Below, in pieces: positions 12,215-23,453 of a stretch of 64,000 nt of DNA. A program made the translations under genes and the position numbers. Location of the stretch: assembly GCA_035560235.1 (NCBI GenBank), contig DATMAG010000120.1:3930-67929 (forward strand), given 5' to 3'. Numbering within the stretch: the stretch's first letter is position 1; every line of letters starts with the position of its first letter. The notes beneath the pieces were generated by a model. That model saw only the letters and a program-made list of their open reading frames with translations, did no database searches and was not told the origin of the DNA. The stretch comes from Blastocatellia bacterium. GTDB lineage: Bacteria; Acidobacteriota; Blastocatellia; RBC074.

Positions 12215-14571
12215 TGAGTGAACAGGAACAGATTGAAACTCTGCCGGTGCTGCCGCTCAAAAACACAGTTCTTTTTCCCGGCCTGATGATGCCGCTCACA
12301 GCGGGCCGTCCCGCTTCGATTGCCGCGGTTGACGCGGCGCTCTCGAGCGAAGGCAAGGAACTCCTCGTCATCGCGCAGCGCGACGCCGCAGTTGAAGTAC
12401 CCGGCCCGAACGATTTCTTCAGCATCGGCACAAAGGCCGTAGTCAAGCGCATGGCCCGGCAGCCGGACGGCGCTGTGGCCCTGATCGCACAGGGCGTCGA
12501 GCGGGTGGTGCTGATCAGAATCGAAGAGACTGAACCTTATGCGAAAGCGCGGGTCAGAACCTCTCCGGTGCCTGAAGAACAGAGCACTGAGATTGAAGCC
12601 ATGCAGCGCGCCATCCTCGAACTTGCCGGGCGTGCCGTGCAACTGGCGCAGCCGAACGCGCCGGAAGAGTTCGCGCGGATGATTGCAGGCAATGAAGACC
12701 CGCTGCGGCTCGTTTATCTGATCGGTTCGCTGATGGGTCTGCCGGTCGAAAAGGAACAGGCGCTGCTTGAAGCCGCGACGCGGCTCGATGCGCTGCGGCT
12801 GCTGCATTCGTACCTGCTGCACGAACTGCAGGTGCTGGAACTGCGCAATCAGATCAACACGCAGGCACAGACTGAAATGAACAAGCAGCAGCGCGAATAT
12901 TTTCTGCGCCAGCAACTGCGCGCCATTCAGCAGGAACTTGGCGAGGAGAATCCCGAACAGGCCGAAGCCGCGCTGCTGCGACAGCAGCTTGACGAAGCTC
13001 ATCTGCCTGACGAAGTTCGCAAAGAGGCTGAACGCGAACTCGGACGCATGGAAAAGCTGCCGCCCGCCGCGCCCGATTACCACGTCATTCGCACTTATCT
13101 GGAACTGATTCTCGAACTGCCCTGGCGCAAAAGCACCGAGGACAACCTTGATCTGCAGCGCGCGCGGCAGGTGCTTGATGAAGACCACTTCGATCTGAAG
13201 GAGGTCAAGGAGCGCATCCTCGAACACCTGGGCGTGCTGAAACTCAACCCTGAAGCCAACGCGCCGATTCTCTGTTTCGTCGGCCCGCCAGGTGTCGGCA
13301 AGACTTCGCTCGGTCAGTCAATCGCGCGGTCGCTCGGTCGCAGGTTCGAGCGTATCAGCCTGGGTGGAATGCATGATGAAGCCGAACTGCGCGGGCATCG
13401 GCGCACGTACATCGGCGCGCTGCCGGGCCGCATCATTCAGGCCATGCGACGCGCGGGCGCCAACAATCCGGTGCTGATGCTCGATGAAGTTGACAAACTC
13501 GGACGCGACTTTCGCGGCGATCCGGCGGCGGCGCTGCTCGAAATTCTCGATCCGGCGCAGAACCACTCATTCCGCGACAACTATCTCGATCTGCCGTTCG
13601 ATCTCTCGAAGGTCTTTTTCATCGCTACGGCCAACACGCTCGACACGATTCCGCAGCCGCTGCTCGACCGCATGGAACTGCTGCGCCTGCAGGGTTACAG
13701 CGAGGAGGAGAAGCTCGAGATTGCGCATCGCTATCTGATTCCGCGTCAGGTGCGCGAGGCGGGGCTGACGGCGGAACAGTTCACGCTCGAAGATGAAGCG
13801 CTGCGCCACGTCATTGCGCGATACACGCGCGAAGCGGGCGTCAGGCAGCTTGAACGCGCCATCGGGCGGCTGGCGCGACGTGTGGCGCTGCGCTTTGCCG
13901 AAGGCCACACCGGAGCGGTCACCATCACGCTCGGCGATGTGCCGGAGATGCTCGGGCCGGAGCGTTATTCATTCGAACTGACGCGCAAGCAGCTGCCGCC
14001 GGGCGTGGCGACCGGCCTGGCGTGGACTGAAGCGGGCGGCGATGTGCTGTACATCGAAGCGACGGTGCTGCCTGCCGGGCGCGGGCTGACGCTGACCGGA
14101 CAGCTTGGCGAAGTGATGCAGGAATCGGCGCGGGCCGCGCAGAGTTACATCTGGTCGCACGCTGAAGACCTTGGCATCGGAGCAGATGTCTTCAAGGACA
14201 CCGGCGTGCACATTCACGTTCCGGCTGGCGCGATTCCCAAGGATGGCCCGTCGGCGGGGATCACGATGGCGACGGCGCTCGCTTCGATCTATTCGAGACT
14301 GCCGGTGCGCAGCGATACGGCGATGACCGGTGAAATCACGCTGACGGGACTGGTGCTGCCGATAGGCGGCGTCAAGGAAAAGGTGCTGGCCGCGCGTCGC
14401 GCCGGACTGCGCCGCGTAATTCTGCCTGCCGAAAATCAGAAGGATCTGCGCGAACTGCCTGAGAACGTGCGCAGTGAGATTGAATTCATTCTGGCTGAAA
14501 GGATCGAGGATGTGCTGGCTGCCGCGATTCCTGAACTGGCCACACGCCTGCATCTGATCGAAGCGGCGTGA
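12214..14571 (+). CDS. lon: ATP-dependent protease Lon
   Basis: LON N-domain, GPPGVGKTS Walker A and catalytic PKDGPSAG. Confidence 0.95.
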   Translation: MSEQEQIETLPVLPLKNTVLFPGLMMPLTAGRPASIAAVDAALSSEGKELLVIAQRDAAVEVPGPNDFFSIGTKAVVKRMARQPDGAVALIAQGVERVVLIRIEETEPYAKARVRTSPVPEEQSTEIEAMQRAILELAGRAVQLAQPNAPEEFARMIAGNEDPLRLVYLIGSLMGLPVEKEQALLEAATRLDALRLLHSYLLHELQVLELRNQINTQAQTEMNKQQREYFLRQQLRAIQQELGEENPEQAEAALLRQQLDEAHLPDEVRKEAERELGRMEKLPPAAPDYHVIRTYLELILELPWRKSTEDNLDLQRARQVLDEDHFDLKEVKERILEHLGVLKLNPEANAPILCFVGPPGVGKTSLGQSIARSLGRRFERISLGGMHDEAELRGHRRTYIGALPGRIIQAMRRAGANNPVLMLDEVDKLGRDFRGDPAAALLEILDPAQNHSFRDNYLDLPFDLSKVFFIATANTLDTIPQPLLDRMELLRLQGYSEEEKLEIAHRYLIPRQVREAGLTAEQFTLEDEALRHVIARYTREAGVRQLERAIGRLARRVALRFAEGHTGAVTITLGDVPEMLGPERYSFELTRKQLPPGVATGLAWTEAGGDVLYIEATVLPAGRGLTLTGQLGEVMQESARAAQSYIWSHAEDLGIGADVFKDTGVHIHVPAGAIPKDGPSAGITMATALASIYSRLPVRSDTAMTGEITLTGLVLPIGGVKEKVLAARRAGLRRVILPAENQKDLRELPENVRSEIEFILAERIEDVLAAAIPELATRLHLIEAA

Positions 14572-14916
14572 AGCCCGGAACAGAAACGAAACAGTAGTGC
14601 GACTCCCGCAATCGCACTACTCCTCCTTTCAGTCTCCTTTCAGATAAAGTCGTGCGACTGAAATCTGGTCGCACAACAGCCGCTGCAATTGCGCGCAGCG
14701 ACTGCGAGGCAACGACCCGCTGTCGGCTGCCATCAAAGCGGGCGCACAAACAGCCGATTCCCCTGCGACCAGAAACCAGCATTCAGAACACACAAACAAC
14801 GGGGGCAAGCCCCTGGCCGGTTTTCATCAATCGGGAGCCTGACTGATGAGTTGTGATGAAACCTCAGGCAGAGGTGAGCATTCCGGCTGAGCGTCCGAAA
14901 GGGCAAGGAGAGAATT

Positions 14917-16239
<1,323 letters not shown>

Positions 16240-16253
16240 GGCTGAGACAGGGA

Positions 16254-16347
<94 letters not shown>

Positions 16348-16486
16348 CATCAGCTTTCGTCGCGTCCGTGCCTGGCGCAGGCGGGCAGGTCGCTTCGACT
16401 GCCGTGAAGGGTTCGAGAATGTGGTGGCTGTGTTCCGCGCCTTGCGGTGGCTGAGGCTTCATCGAAGCGGGTAAATTCTGTCGTGA

Positions 16487-17872
16487 GTGAGAAGTATGAT
16501 GAAAGCATTATTTCTGATTCTGCTGTTAACGTTCGCGCCGGCATTTTCGCTGGCGCAGACAGGGGCGAAGATGAACAAAATCGTTCCGTACAGTTACACG
16601 ATTGACGATCTGCCGAACGGGTTGCGGCTGATTACGATGCCGACCGATTACCCGAATCTGGTGGCGCTTTACATCGTCGTCCGCACCGGTTCACGCAATG
16701 AGGTCGAACCGGGCAAAAGCGGATTTGCGCATCTCTTCGAACACATGATGTTTCGCGGCAGCGAGCATTACACGCCCGAAGAGCGCGATGCGATTCTCAA
16801 GCGCGCCGGAGCTTCATCGAACGCTTACACAAGCGATGACCGCACGGTCTATCACGAAGTCTTCGCCAGAGAAGACCTCGATCAGGTGATGAAACTCGAA
16901 GCTGACCGCTTCGAGCGGCTGAAGTATTCGCCCGATGTCTATCGCACTGAAACGCGCGCGGTGCTCGGCGAATACAACAAGAACAGCGCCAGTCCGATCA
17001 GCAGGCTTTACGAAAAACTGCGCGAGACGGCCTTTGACCGGCACACCTACAAACACACGACGATGGGCTTTCTCAGGGACATTGAGGAGATGCCCAATGA
17101 GTATGATTACAGTCTGAAGTTTTATCAGCGCTATTACCGGCCTGAGTACACGACCATTCTGCTGGTTGGCGACGTGAAGCGCGACGAGGCGCTCAGCCTG
17201 ACGAAGAAGTATTTCGGTGACTGGAAGCGCGGCGATTACGCGCCGCAGATTCCGCAGGAACCGGAACAGACCGCGCCACGCACCGCGCACGTTGAATGGC
17301 CCGCGCCGACTCTGCCTTACATTGCCATAGCCTTTCACGGCCCGGCCTACTCGGATGAAGCGAAGGACAAGGCGGCGCTCGATCTGCTCGCGGCAATTGC
17401 GTTCGGTGAAAACTCTGATCTGTATCAGCGGCTGGTGCTGAAGGAACAGAAGGTTGACCTGCTGGAAGTCGGTTTCGACAATCAGATTGATCCGGAACTT
17501 TTCACGGTCTTTGCGCGCGTGAAGGAGCCGAAGGATACAGATTACGTGCGCGATCAGATTCTGGCCACATTCAAACGATACACGACTGAAAAGGTGCCGC
17601 AGACATTGCTTGACGGGACGCGCTCGCGCCTGCGTTACGGCGCGGCGCTCGCGATGAACAGTTCCGAAGCGATTGCGAGCGCGCTTGCGCCATTCATCGC
17701 GCTGCGGCGCACGCCGGAAACCGTGGACAAACTCTTTGCGCTTTATGACCGCATCACGCCGGAAGACATGCGCAGCAACGCGGCGCGTTACTTTGTCGAA
17801 CCGCACCGCATCATCGTGACGCTCGCCGCATCAGCTTCCGGCGCGACGAGTCAGACACAACAGAAGAACTGA
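16487..17872 (+). CDS. M16 family zinc peptidase (pitrilysin-like) with signal peptide
   Basis: Inverted zinc motif HLFEHMMFRGS (HxxEH) and N-terminal signal peptide. Confidence 0.8.
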   Translation: MRSMMKALFLILLLTFAPAFSLAQTGAKMNKIVPYSYTIDDLPNGLRLITMPTDYPNLVALYIVVRTGSRNEVEPGKSGFAHLFEHMMFRGSEHYTPEERDAILKRAGASSNAYTSDDRTVYHEVFAREDLDQVMKLEADRFERLKYSPDVYRTETRAVLGEYNKNSASPISRLYEKLRETAFDRHTYKHTTMGFLRDIEEMPNEYDYSLKFYQRYYRPEYTTILLVGDVKRDEALSLTKKYFGDWKRGDYAPQIPQEPEQTAPRTAHVEWPAPTLPYIAIAFHGPAYSDEAKDKAALDLLAAIAFGENSDLYQRLVLKEQKVDLLEVGFDNQIDPELFTVFARVKEPKDTDYVRDQILATFKRYTTEKVPQTLLDGTRSRLRYGAALAMNSSEAIASALAPFIALRRTPETVDKLFALYDRITPEDMRSNAARYFVEPHRIIVTLAASASGATSQTQQKN

Positions 17873-17891
17873 AAACATCAGGGTCGTAACA

Positions 17892-19409
17892 ATGCTTCGC
17901 AAGGTAATCATTGCACTGATCATCGCGGCCTTTGTGCTGGCGGCTTTCATGCCGCTCTTTGCCGGGCCGCAGAAGACTATGAACACACAGCTCAGCAGCG
18001 TGCTGCAACCGAACCGTTCGCCGCTCGTTTCATTTCGCATTCTCTTTCTGACGGGCGCAGCCGATGATCCGAAGGGCAAAGAGGGCCTGGCCTCGCTGAC
18101 GGCGGCGATGCTGGCCAAAGGCGGCTCGCGCGCGCTCAGTTACGAACAGATTGTCAGGGAGATGTATCCGCTGGCGACGAGCTTCGGCTGGCAGACGGAC
18201 AAGGAGATGACCGTGTTCACCGGCACGACGCACGTGGACAATCTGGCGAAGTATTACGCACTGATCTCGCGGATGCTGCTCGATCCCGGTTTTCGCGCCG
18301 ACGATTTCACGCGACTCAAAACCGATGCGATCAACTTTCTGAAGGTCGGGCTGCGCGCAAGCAACGACGAGGAACTGGGCAAAGAGTATCTCTACAACGT
18401 GATCTATGCCGGTCATCCATACGGCCATCACAACCTGGGCCGGGTGAGCGCGCTCGAAAAACTGACGCTCGATGATGTGCGCGATTTTTACCGGCGGCAT
18501 TACACGCAGGCGAATCTGGTGATCGGTCTGGCAGGCGGTTATCCGGCTTCGTTCCCGCAGCAGATAATGAATGATTTTGCGAAGCTGCCCGCCGGGGTGA
18601 AGGAGGAAGAGAAGCTGCCCGCGCCGAAGCTCGCGCCCGGCACACACATTGACATCATTGAGCGCGAAACGCGCTCGACCGCCATTTCGCTCGGCTTTCC
18701 GATCGACGTGAAACGCGGCGACCACGACTGGCCTGCGCTGGCGCTCGTGGCTTCGTACTTCGGGCAGCACCGTTCGAGCAACAGTTATCTCTATCAGCGG
18801 CTGCGCGAGGCGCGCGGGCTGAATTACGGCGATTACGCTTACATTGAATACTTCCCGCGCGGGATGTATCAGTTCACGCCCGATCCGAATCTGGCGCGAC
18901 AGCAGCAGATCTTTCAGATCTGGATTCGTCCGGTCGAACCGCAGAACGGACACTTTGCATTGCGTGCTGCACTGTATGAATACGACCGTCTGGTTCGCGA
19001 CGGCCTCTCGCGCGAAGCCTTTGAATCAACGCGCGAGTTTTTGAGCAAATACGCGAACATCCTGACGCAGACGCAGGATGACCGGCTCGGTTATGCGCTC
19101 GACAACCGCTATTACAACATCCCCGAATTCGGCGCGTACCTGCGCGAACAACTCTCAAAGCTGACGCTCGATGAGGTCAACCGCGCCATTCGCGAGCATC
19201 TGAAGACCGACCACATGCGCGTGGTCATCGTGACAAAGGACGCCGCCGCGCTGCGCGAGGCGATCATCAGCAACAGGCCGTCGCCGATTACTTATCTGTC
19301 ACCGAAGCCGAAGGAGATTACTGATGAGGACAAGGCGATCGAGACATATCAGATCAAAGTCAGGCCGGAGGACGTGACGATTGTTCCGGTCAGCCGGGTT
19401 TTTGAATAA
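17892..19409 (+). CDS. M16 family peptidase, probable non-catalytic partner subunit
   Basis: M16 fold similarity, signal peptide, no HxxEH motif. Confidence 0.7.
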   Translation: MLRKVIIALIIAAFVLAAFMPLFAGPQKTMNTQLSSVLQPNRSPLVSFRILFLTGAADDPKGKEGLASLTAAMLAKGGSRALSYEQIVREMYPLATSFGWQTDKEMTVFTGTTHVDNLAKYYALISRMLLDPGFRADDFTRLKTDAINFLKVGLRASNDEELGKEYLYNVIYAGHPYGHHNLGRVSALEKLTLDDVRDFYRRHYTQANLVIGLAGGYPASFPQQIMNDFAKLPAGVKEEEKLPAPKLAPGTHIDIIERETRSTAISLGFPIDVKRGDHDWPALALVASYFGQHRSSNSYLYQRLREARGLNYGDYAYIEYFPRGMYQFTPDPNLARQQQIFQIWIRPVEPQNGHFALRAALYEYDRLVRDGLSREAFESTREFLSKYANILTQTQDDRLGYALDNRYYNIPEFGAYLREQLSKLTLDEVNRAIREHLKTDHMRVVIVTKDAAALREAIISNRPSPITYLSPKPKEITDEDKAIETYQIKVRPEDVTIVPVSRVFE

Positions 19410-19430
19410 GACAGGCTGAAGACAAACAAA

Positions 19431-19470
19431 GCGGCGGGCGAATGAGCTGTTCATTCGGCCCGCCATTTTT
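19431..19470 (+). terminator. rho-independent terminator
   Basis: GGCGGGCGAATGA-gctgt-TCATTCGGCCCGCC followed by ATTTTT. Confidence 0.65.
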
Positions 19471-19498
19471 ATGAATCCGGCGTGAGAGATCAGGACAT

Positions 19499-19642
19499 CT
19501 GACTGTGTCCGCGAGGCGTTCCGGTGTTATCCATCTCGAACTGCTCTCGCGCAACGGGCTGTATGCTGGTTTGTATCGTCAGCAGATGGAACCTGCCCAT
19601 CACGAACCGGTCGCGCCCGTAATGGCTGAAGTGACGATTTGA
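19499..19642 (+). pseudogene. remnant of an ABC exporter gene C-terminus
   Basis: An orphan 48-codon frame translates to ...GVIHLELLSRNGLYAGLYRQQME... This resembles the conserved extreme C-terminus of MsbA-like ABC transporters. There is no upstream body or start. Confidence 0.35.
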
Positions 19643-20177
19643 GTAGCCGGAAGAGTGAGACGATTCGACAGGCTGCCCGCCGATAATCCCGGCGCAGATT
19701 CATCTTCGTCCTGCGCGCGTTCATGCTCCGTGCGGTCGAGCCTCGCTGCGCTGCTCCGGAATAGTGCCTGAAACCTGCTCTGAGACTGTAGCAGGTTCGA
19801 TACACCTGTCACTGTTCAGTTCAACTCAGCCTGTATCTTTCTTGTCCATCGCATCGTGCCACTGCATCGCAGCGCAGAAGCGCAAAATCATCAGATTTCA
19901 CGCACTTTCCGGGAGTTCCGGCATGCGGGCCGGGAGGCTGAAAATTGTGGCGCGCAGATTGCCCGGCGAAGGAGCGGGAAGTTGCTGAAATTCTCAAGCT
20001 CGCCTGAAAAGGGATGACGCAGGGAGCATCCTGATGGAACCTGTTGGGGAGCGGGTTCTGCTTCATGCCGAGGTCGGGCTGTTCGCATCAGGGGGCTTTG
20101 GGGAAGGCTGCTGATGTGAACAGCCCTGCATTTTCCGTCAGTGTGCTGTCTGCTTCGCTACCGACTGACAGGGGGAC

Positions 20178-22010
20178 TTGCTGATGAAAGGCTGGCCTGA
20201 AGAGGCTCCCTTCTGCCGGATCACGCAGTGGGCAGTCTGCTGCTGCCTGTTTCTGCTCATTCAGTCCTGCGTCCGCCGTGCCGAAGGATTGCAGGGCGGC
20301 GCGCCTCAGACTCATTCCACTTCTGCCGCGCAAACTGTCGCACAATCCGGCGATGGTCAGTGGCCGATGGCCGCCGGAAACTTCGCCAACACCCGCTACA
20401 GCGGCCTCTCAGAGATTACCACGGGCAATGCCGGTCAGTTGAAACTCGCGTGGACGTTTTCGACCGGCCTCGTGCGCGGCCACGAAGCTGCGCCGCTGGT
20501 CGTGGGCAGCACGATGTATGTTGTCACGCCGTTTCCGAACTACCTCTATGCGCTCGATCTGACGAAACCCGGCGCGCCGCTCAAATGGAAGTATGACCCG
20601 AAGCCTGCCTCAGCCGCGCAGGGCGTGGCCTGCTGCGATGTGGTCAATCGCGGAGCGGCATACGCGAACGGAAAGATTTTCTACAACACGCTCGATGATT
20701 ACACCATCGCGGTTGACGCGAACACCGGACAGCAGGTCTGGAAGACAAAGCTCGGCGACATCAACCGGGGCGAGACAATCACGATGGCGCCGCTTGTCGT
20801 GGGCAACAAAGTTTTTGTCGGCAACAGCGGCGGTGAATTCGGCGTGCGCGGATGGCTGACGGCGCTCGATGCAAACACCGGGCAGATCGCGTGGCGGGCT
20901 TACAGCACAGGGCCTGACAGCGATTGTCTGATCGGGCCGAACTTCAGGCCGTTTTACGCGCACGACCAGGGCAAAGACCTGGGCGTTTCGACCTGGCCGC
21001 CCGATGCCTGGAAGATCGGCGGCGGCACGGTCTGGGGCTTCGTTTCATACGACCCGGAACAGAACCTGATCTTTTACGGCACGGCGAATCCCGGCCCGTG
21101 GAATCCCGATCAGCGACCAGGGGACAACAAATGGACTGCCGGAGTCTTTGCGCGCAATCCCGACACAGGCGAAGCGCGCTGGTTCTTTCAGTGGAATCCG
21201 CACGATCTGTACGATTACGACGGGATCAACGAAAACGTCCTGGTTGATCTGAACATCAACGGGCAGATGCGAAAGACGCTGCTGCATCCTGACCGCAACG
21301 GTTATCTCTATGTGCTGGATCGCACGAACGGACAGATGATCTCAGCGACTCCGTTCGTTCACATCACGACCACCAAAGGCATTGATCCGCAGACCGGCAG
21401 GCCGATTGAAGCGCCCGAAAAGAAAGTCACCACCGGCAAGGTCGTGCGCGACATCTGTCCGCATTCGTCCGGCGGCAAGGACTGGCAGCCGTCGGCGTAC
21501 TCGCCGCAGACCGGAATGCTTTACATCCCGCATCAGAATATGTGCCAGGACGAGGAGGGCGTCGAAGTCAATTACATCGCCGGGACGCCTTATGTCGGCG
21601 CGAACGTGAAGATGTACGCCGGGCCGGGCGGTCATCGCGGCGAATTCACGGCGTGGGATCCGGTCGCGGCTCGTCCGGTCTGGAGCGGCGCGCTGGTGAC
21701 GGCGGGCGATGTAGTCTTTTACGGAACGATGGAAGGCTGGTTCAAGGCGGTCAATGCGCGCACGGGTGAACCGCTCTGGCAGTTCAAGTGCGGTTCGGGA
21801 ATCATCGGGCAGCCGATCACCTATCGCGGGCCGGATGGCAGACAGTACGTCGCCGTGCTGTCAGGCGTCGGCGGCTGGTCGGGCGCCATCGTCGCCGGTG
21901 ATCTCGATCCGCGTGACTCAAGCGCTGCGCTCGGTTTCGTCGGCGGCATGAGCGATCTGCCGCAGCACACCACGAAGGGAGGGATGCTTTATGTCTTCTC
22001 GCTCCCTTGA
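20178..22010 (+). CDS. xoxF: PQQ-dependent alcohol/methanol dehydrogenase, XoxF-type
   Basis: Eight-bladed PQQ propeller motifs, vicinal disulfide ACCD, and WNPHDLYDYDG (DYD rather than DYA). C-terminus: GGMLYVFSL. Confidence 0.85.
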   Translation: MLMKGWPEEAPFCRITQWAVCCCLFLLIQSCVRRAEGLQGGAPQTHSTSAAQTVAQSGDGQWPMAAGNFANTRYSGLSEITTGNAGQLKLAWTFSTGLVRGHEAAPLVVGSTMYVVTPFPNYLYALDLTKPGAPLKWKYDPKPASAAQGVACCDVVNRGAAYANGKIFYNTLDDYTIAVDANTGQQVWKTKLGDINRGETITMAPLVVGNKVFVGNSGGEFGVRGWLTALDANTGQIAWRAYSTGPDSDCLIGPNFRPFYAHDQGKDLGVSTWPPDAWKIGGGTVWGFVSYDPEQNLIFYGTANPGPWNPDQRPGDNKWTAGVFARNPDTGEARWFFQWNPHDLYDYDGINENVLVDLNINGQMRKTLLHPDRNGYLYVLDRTNGQMISATPFVHITTTKGIDPQTGRPIEAPEKKVTTGKVVRDICPHSSGGKDWQPSAYSPQTGMLYIPHQNMCQDEEGVEVNYIAGTPYVGANVKMYAGPGGHRGEFTAWDPVAARPVWSGALVTAGDVVFYGTMEGWFKAVNARTGEPLWQFKCGSGIIGQPITYRGPDGRQYVAVLSGVGGWSGAIVAGDLDPRDSSAALGFVGGMSDLPQHTTKGGMLYVFSLP

Positions 22011-22014
22011 AAAG

Positions 22015-22047
22015 CAGTGGTCAGTGGTCAGTGGTCAGTGGTCAGTT
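22015..22047. repeat. (GTGGTCA)x4 heptamer tandem repeat
   Basis: CAGTGGTCAGTGGTCAGTGGTCAGTGGTCAG between the xoxF stop and the probable xoxJ start. Same unit as 7487-7580. Confidence 0.65.
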
Positions 22048-22050
22048 GCA

Positions 22051-22869
22051 GTGACGTGTGCGCTGCTGCTGGTGCTGCTCTCAGGCGCGTGCGCTCAGCG
22101 GAGCGATGCGCGGTCAGTGCGCAAACTGCGCGTCTGCGCTGACCCGAACAACCTGCCGTTTTCAAATCAGCGGCTCGAAGGTTTCGAGAACAGAATCGCC
22201 GCGCTGCTCGCGCGCGAACTGCACGCCGAGGTCGAATACACGTGGTGGGCGCAGCGACGCGGCTTCATTCGCAACACACTAAAGGCAGGCACGTGCGATC
22301 TCGTGATCGGCGTGCCGAGCGGCTTTGAAATGGCGCAGACGACCGTGCCTTACTATCGCTCAACCTATGTGTTCGTTTACCGCCAGGATAGTGGTCTGAA
22401 GATCAGTTCCTTCGATGATCCGGCGCTGCGCCGACTGAAGATCGGCGTGCAGGTGATCGGTGACGATGGCGCGAACGCGCCACCGGCGCACGCGCTCACG
22501 GCTCGCGGCATCGTGCAGAACGTGCGCGGCTACACGGTCTACGGTGATTACACGCAGCCTGCTCCCGCCGCTGCGATCATTGACGCGGTGGTGAAACGCG
22601 AAATTGATGTCGCCATCGCGTGGGGGCCGCTCGCCGGATACTTTGCGAAACGCGAACCGGTCGCGCTCGCCGTTGTGCCAGTCTCTCCGCAGATTGATCT
22701 CCCCTTTTTACCATTCATCTATGACATCTCGCTCGGCGTGCGCCGGGGTGAAAGCGCCTTCAAAGAGGAACTCGAAGGCGCGCTCGAACGCCGCCGGGCA
22801 GAGATTGACAGCATTCTCGATGAATACGGAGTCCCGCGAATCAGAACCGGCGCAGTCCCGCGCTCGTGA
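22051..22869 (+). CDS. xoxJ: MoxJ/XoxJ-like periplasmic binding protein
   Basis: Probable GTG start with lipoprotein-like LLLVLLSGAC. RVCADPNNLPFSN and GTCDLVIG blocks are typical of MxaJ/XoxJ. Confidence 0.6.
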   Translation: MTCALLLVLLSGACAQRSDARSVRKLRVCADPNNLPFSNQRLEGFENRIAALLARELHAEVEYTWWAQRRGFIRNTLKAGTCDLVIGVPSGFEMAQTTVPYYRSTYVFVYRQDSGLKISSFDDPALRRLKIGVQVIGDDGANAPPAHALTARGIVQNVRGYTVYGDYTQPAPAAAIIDAVVKREIDVAIAWGPLAGYFAKREPVALAVVPVSPQIDLPFLPFIYDISLGVRRGESAFKEELEGALERRRAEIDSILDEYGVPRIRTGAVPRS

Positions 22870-22885
22870 ATCTCAGATCTCAAAT

Positions 22886-23437
22886 CTGAAATTTGAGATT
22901 CGCCGCGGCTGCGCGTTTGTTGCCATCGCATTGCTCGTGCTGACGGCGTGCGAGCGCGAGCAGCGGCGCTTCAGAGAGATTCCGCCCGGCGCGACCGCTG
23001 CTTCAGCCGTTCGTCAAAGCGAACTGCAGCCGGGCGCGCCGCAGCCCGCCGCGCACTTTGAAGGACCATACGCCGACAACGCCTGGGCAGTGTCTGAAGG
23101 GCAGCGGCTCTACTCGTGGTTCAACTGCGTCGGCTGTCACGCGCACGGCGGAGGCGCCATCGGGCCGCCGCTGATGGATGACAAATGGATTTATGGCAGC
23201 GAACCCGAAAACATCTTCGCGACGATCATCGAAGGCCGTCCGAACGGGATGCCATCGTTTCGCGGCAGGCTGACCAATCAGCAGGTCTGGCAGCTCGTCG
23301 CTTACGTTCGCTCGCTGAGCGGGCAGTTGCCGAAGGATGTTTCGCCCGGTCGCCCGGATGACATGAGCGTGAAGGCTCCCGAACAGTCGAAGCAGAAGGA
23401 GTATCCGGTCACGCAGCCCGCTCAGCATCCGCAGTAA
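22886..23437 (+). CDS. c-type cytochrome (XoxG/cL-like?), lipoprotein
   Basis: CVGCHAHGG heme motif and lipobox LVLTAC. No in-frame ATG precedes the lipobox; 22886 is a CTG. Stop at 23435-37. Confidence 0.5.
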   Translation: MKFEIRRGCAFVAIALLVLTACEREQRRFREIPPGATAASAVRQSELQPGAPQPAAHFEGPYADNAWAVSEGQRLYSWFNCVGCHAHGGGAIGPPLMDDKWIYGSEPENIFATIIEGRPNGMPSFRGRLTNQQVWQLVAYVRSLSGQLPKDVSPGRPDDMSVKAPEQSKQKEYPVTQPAQHPQ

Positions 23438-23453
23438 ATTGCCTGAGAAGCTG

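Noticed and set aside
20178-20330. Odd N-terminus of xoxF (MLMKGWPEEAPFCRITQWAVCCCLFLLIQSCVRRAEG) considered as evidence of a frameshift
   Set aside because: An n-region/h-region/c-region signal-peptide-like organisation is still plausible. No alternative frame gives a better signal peptide. The start is left approximate.
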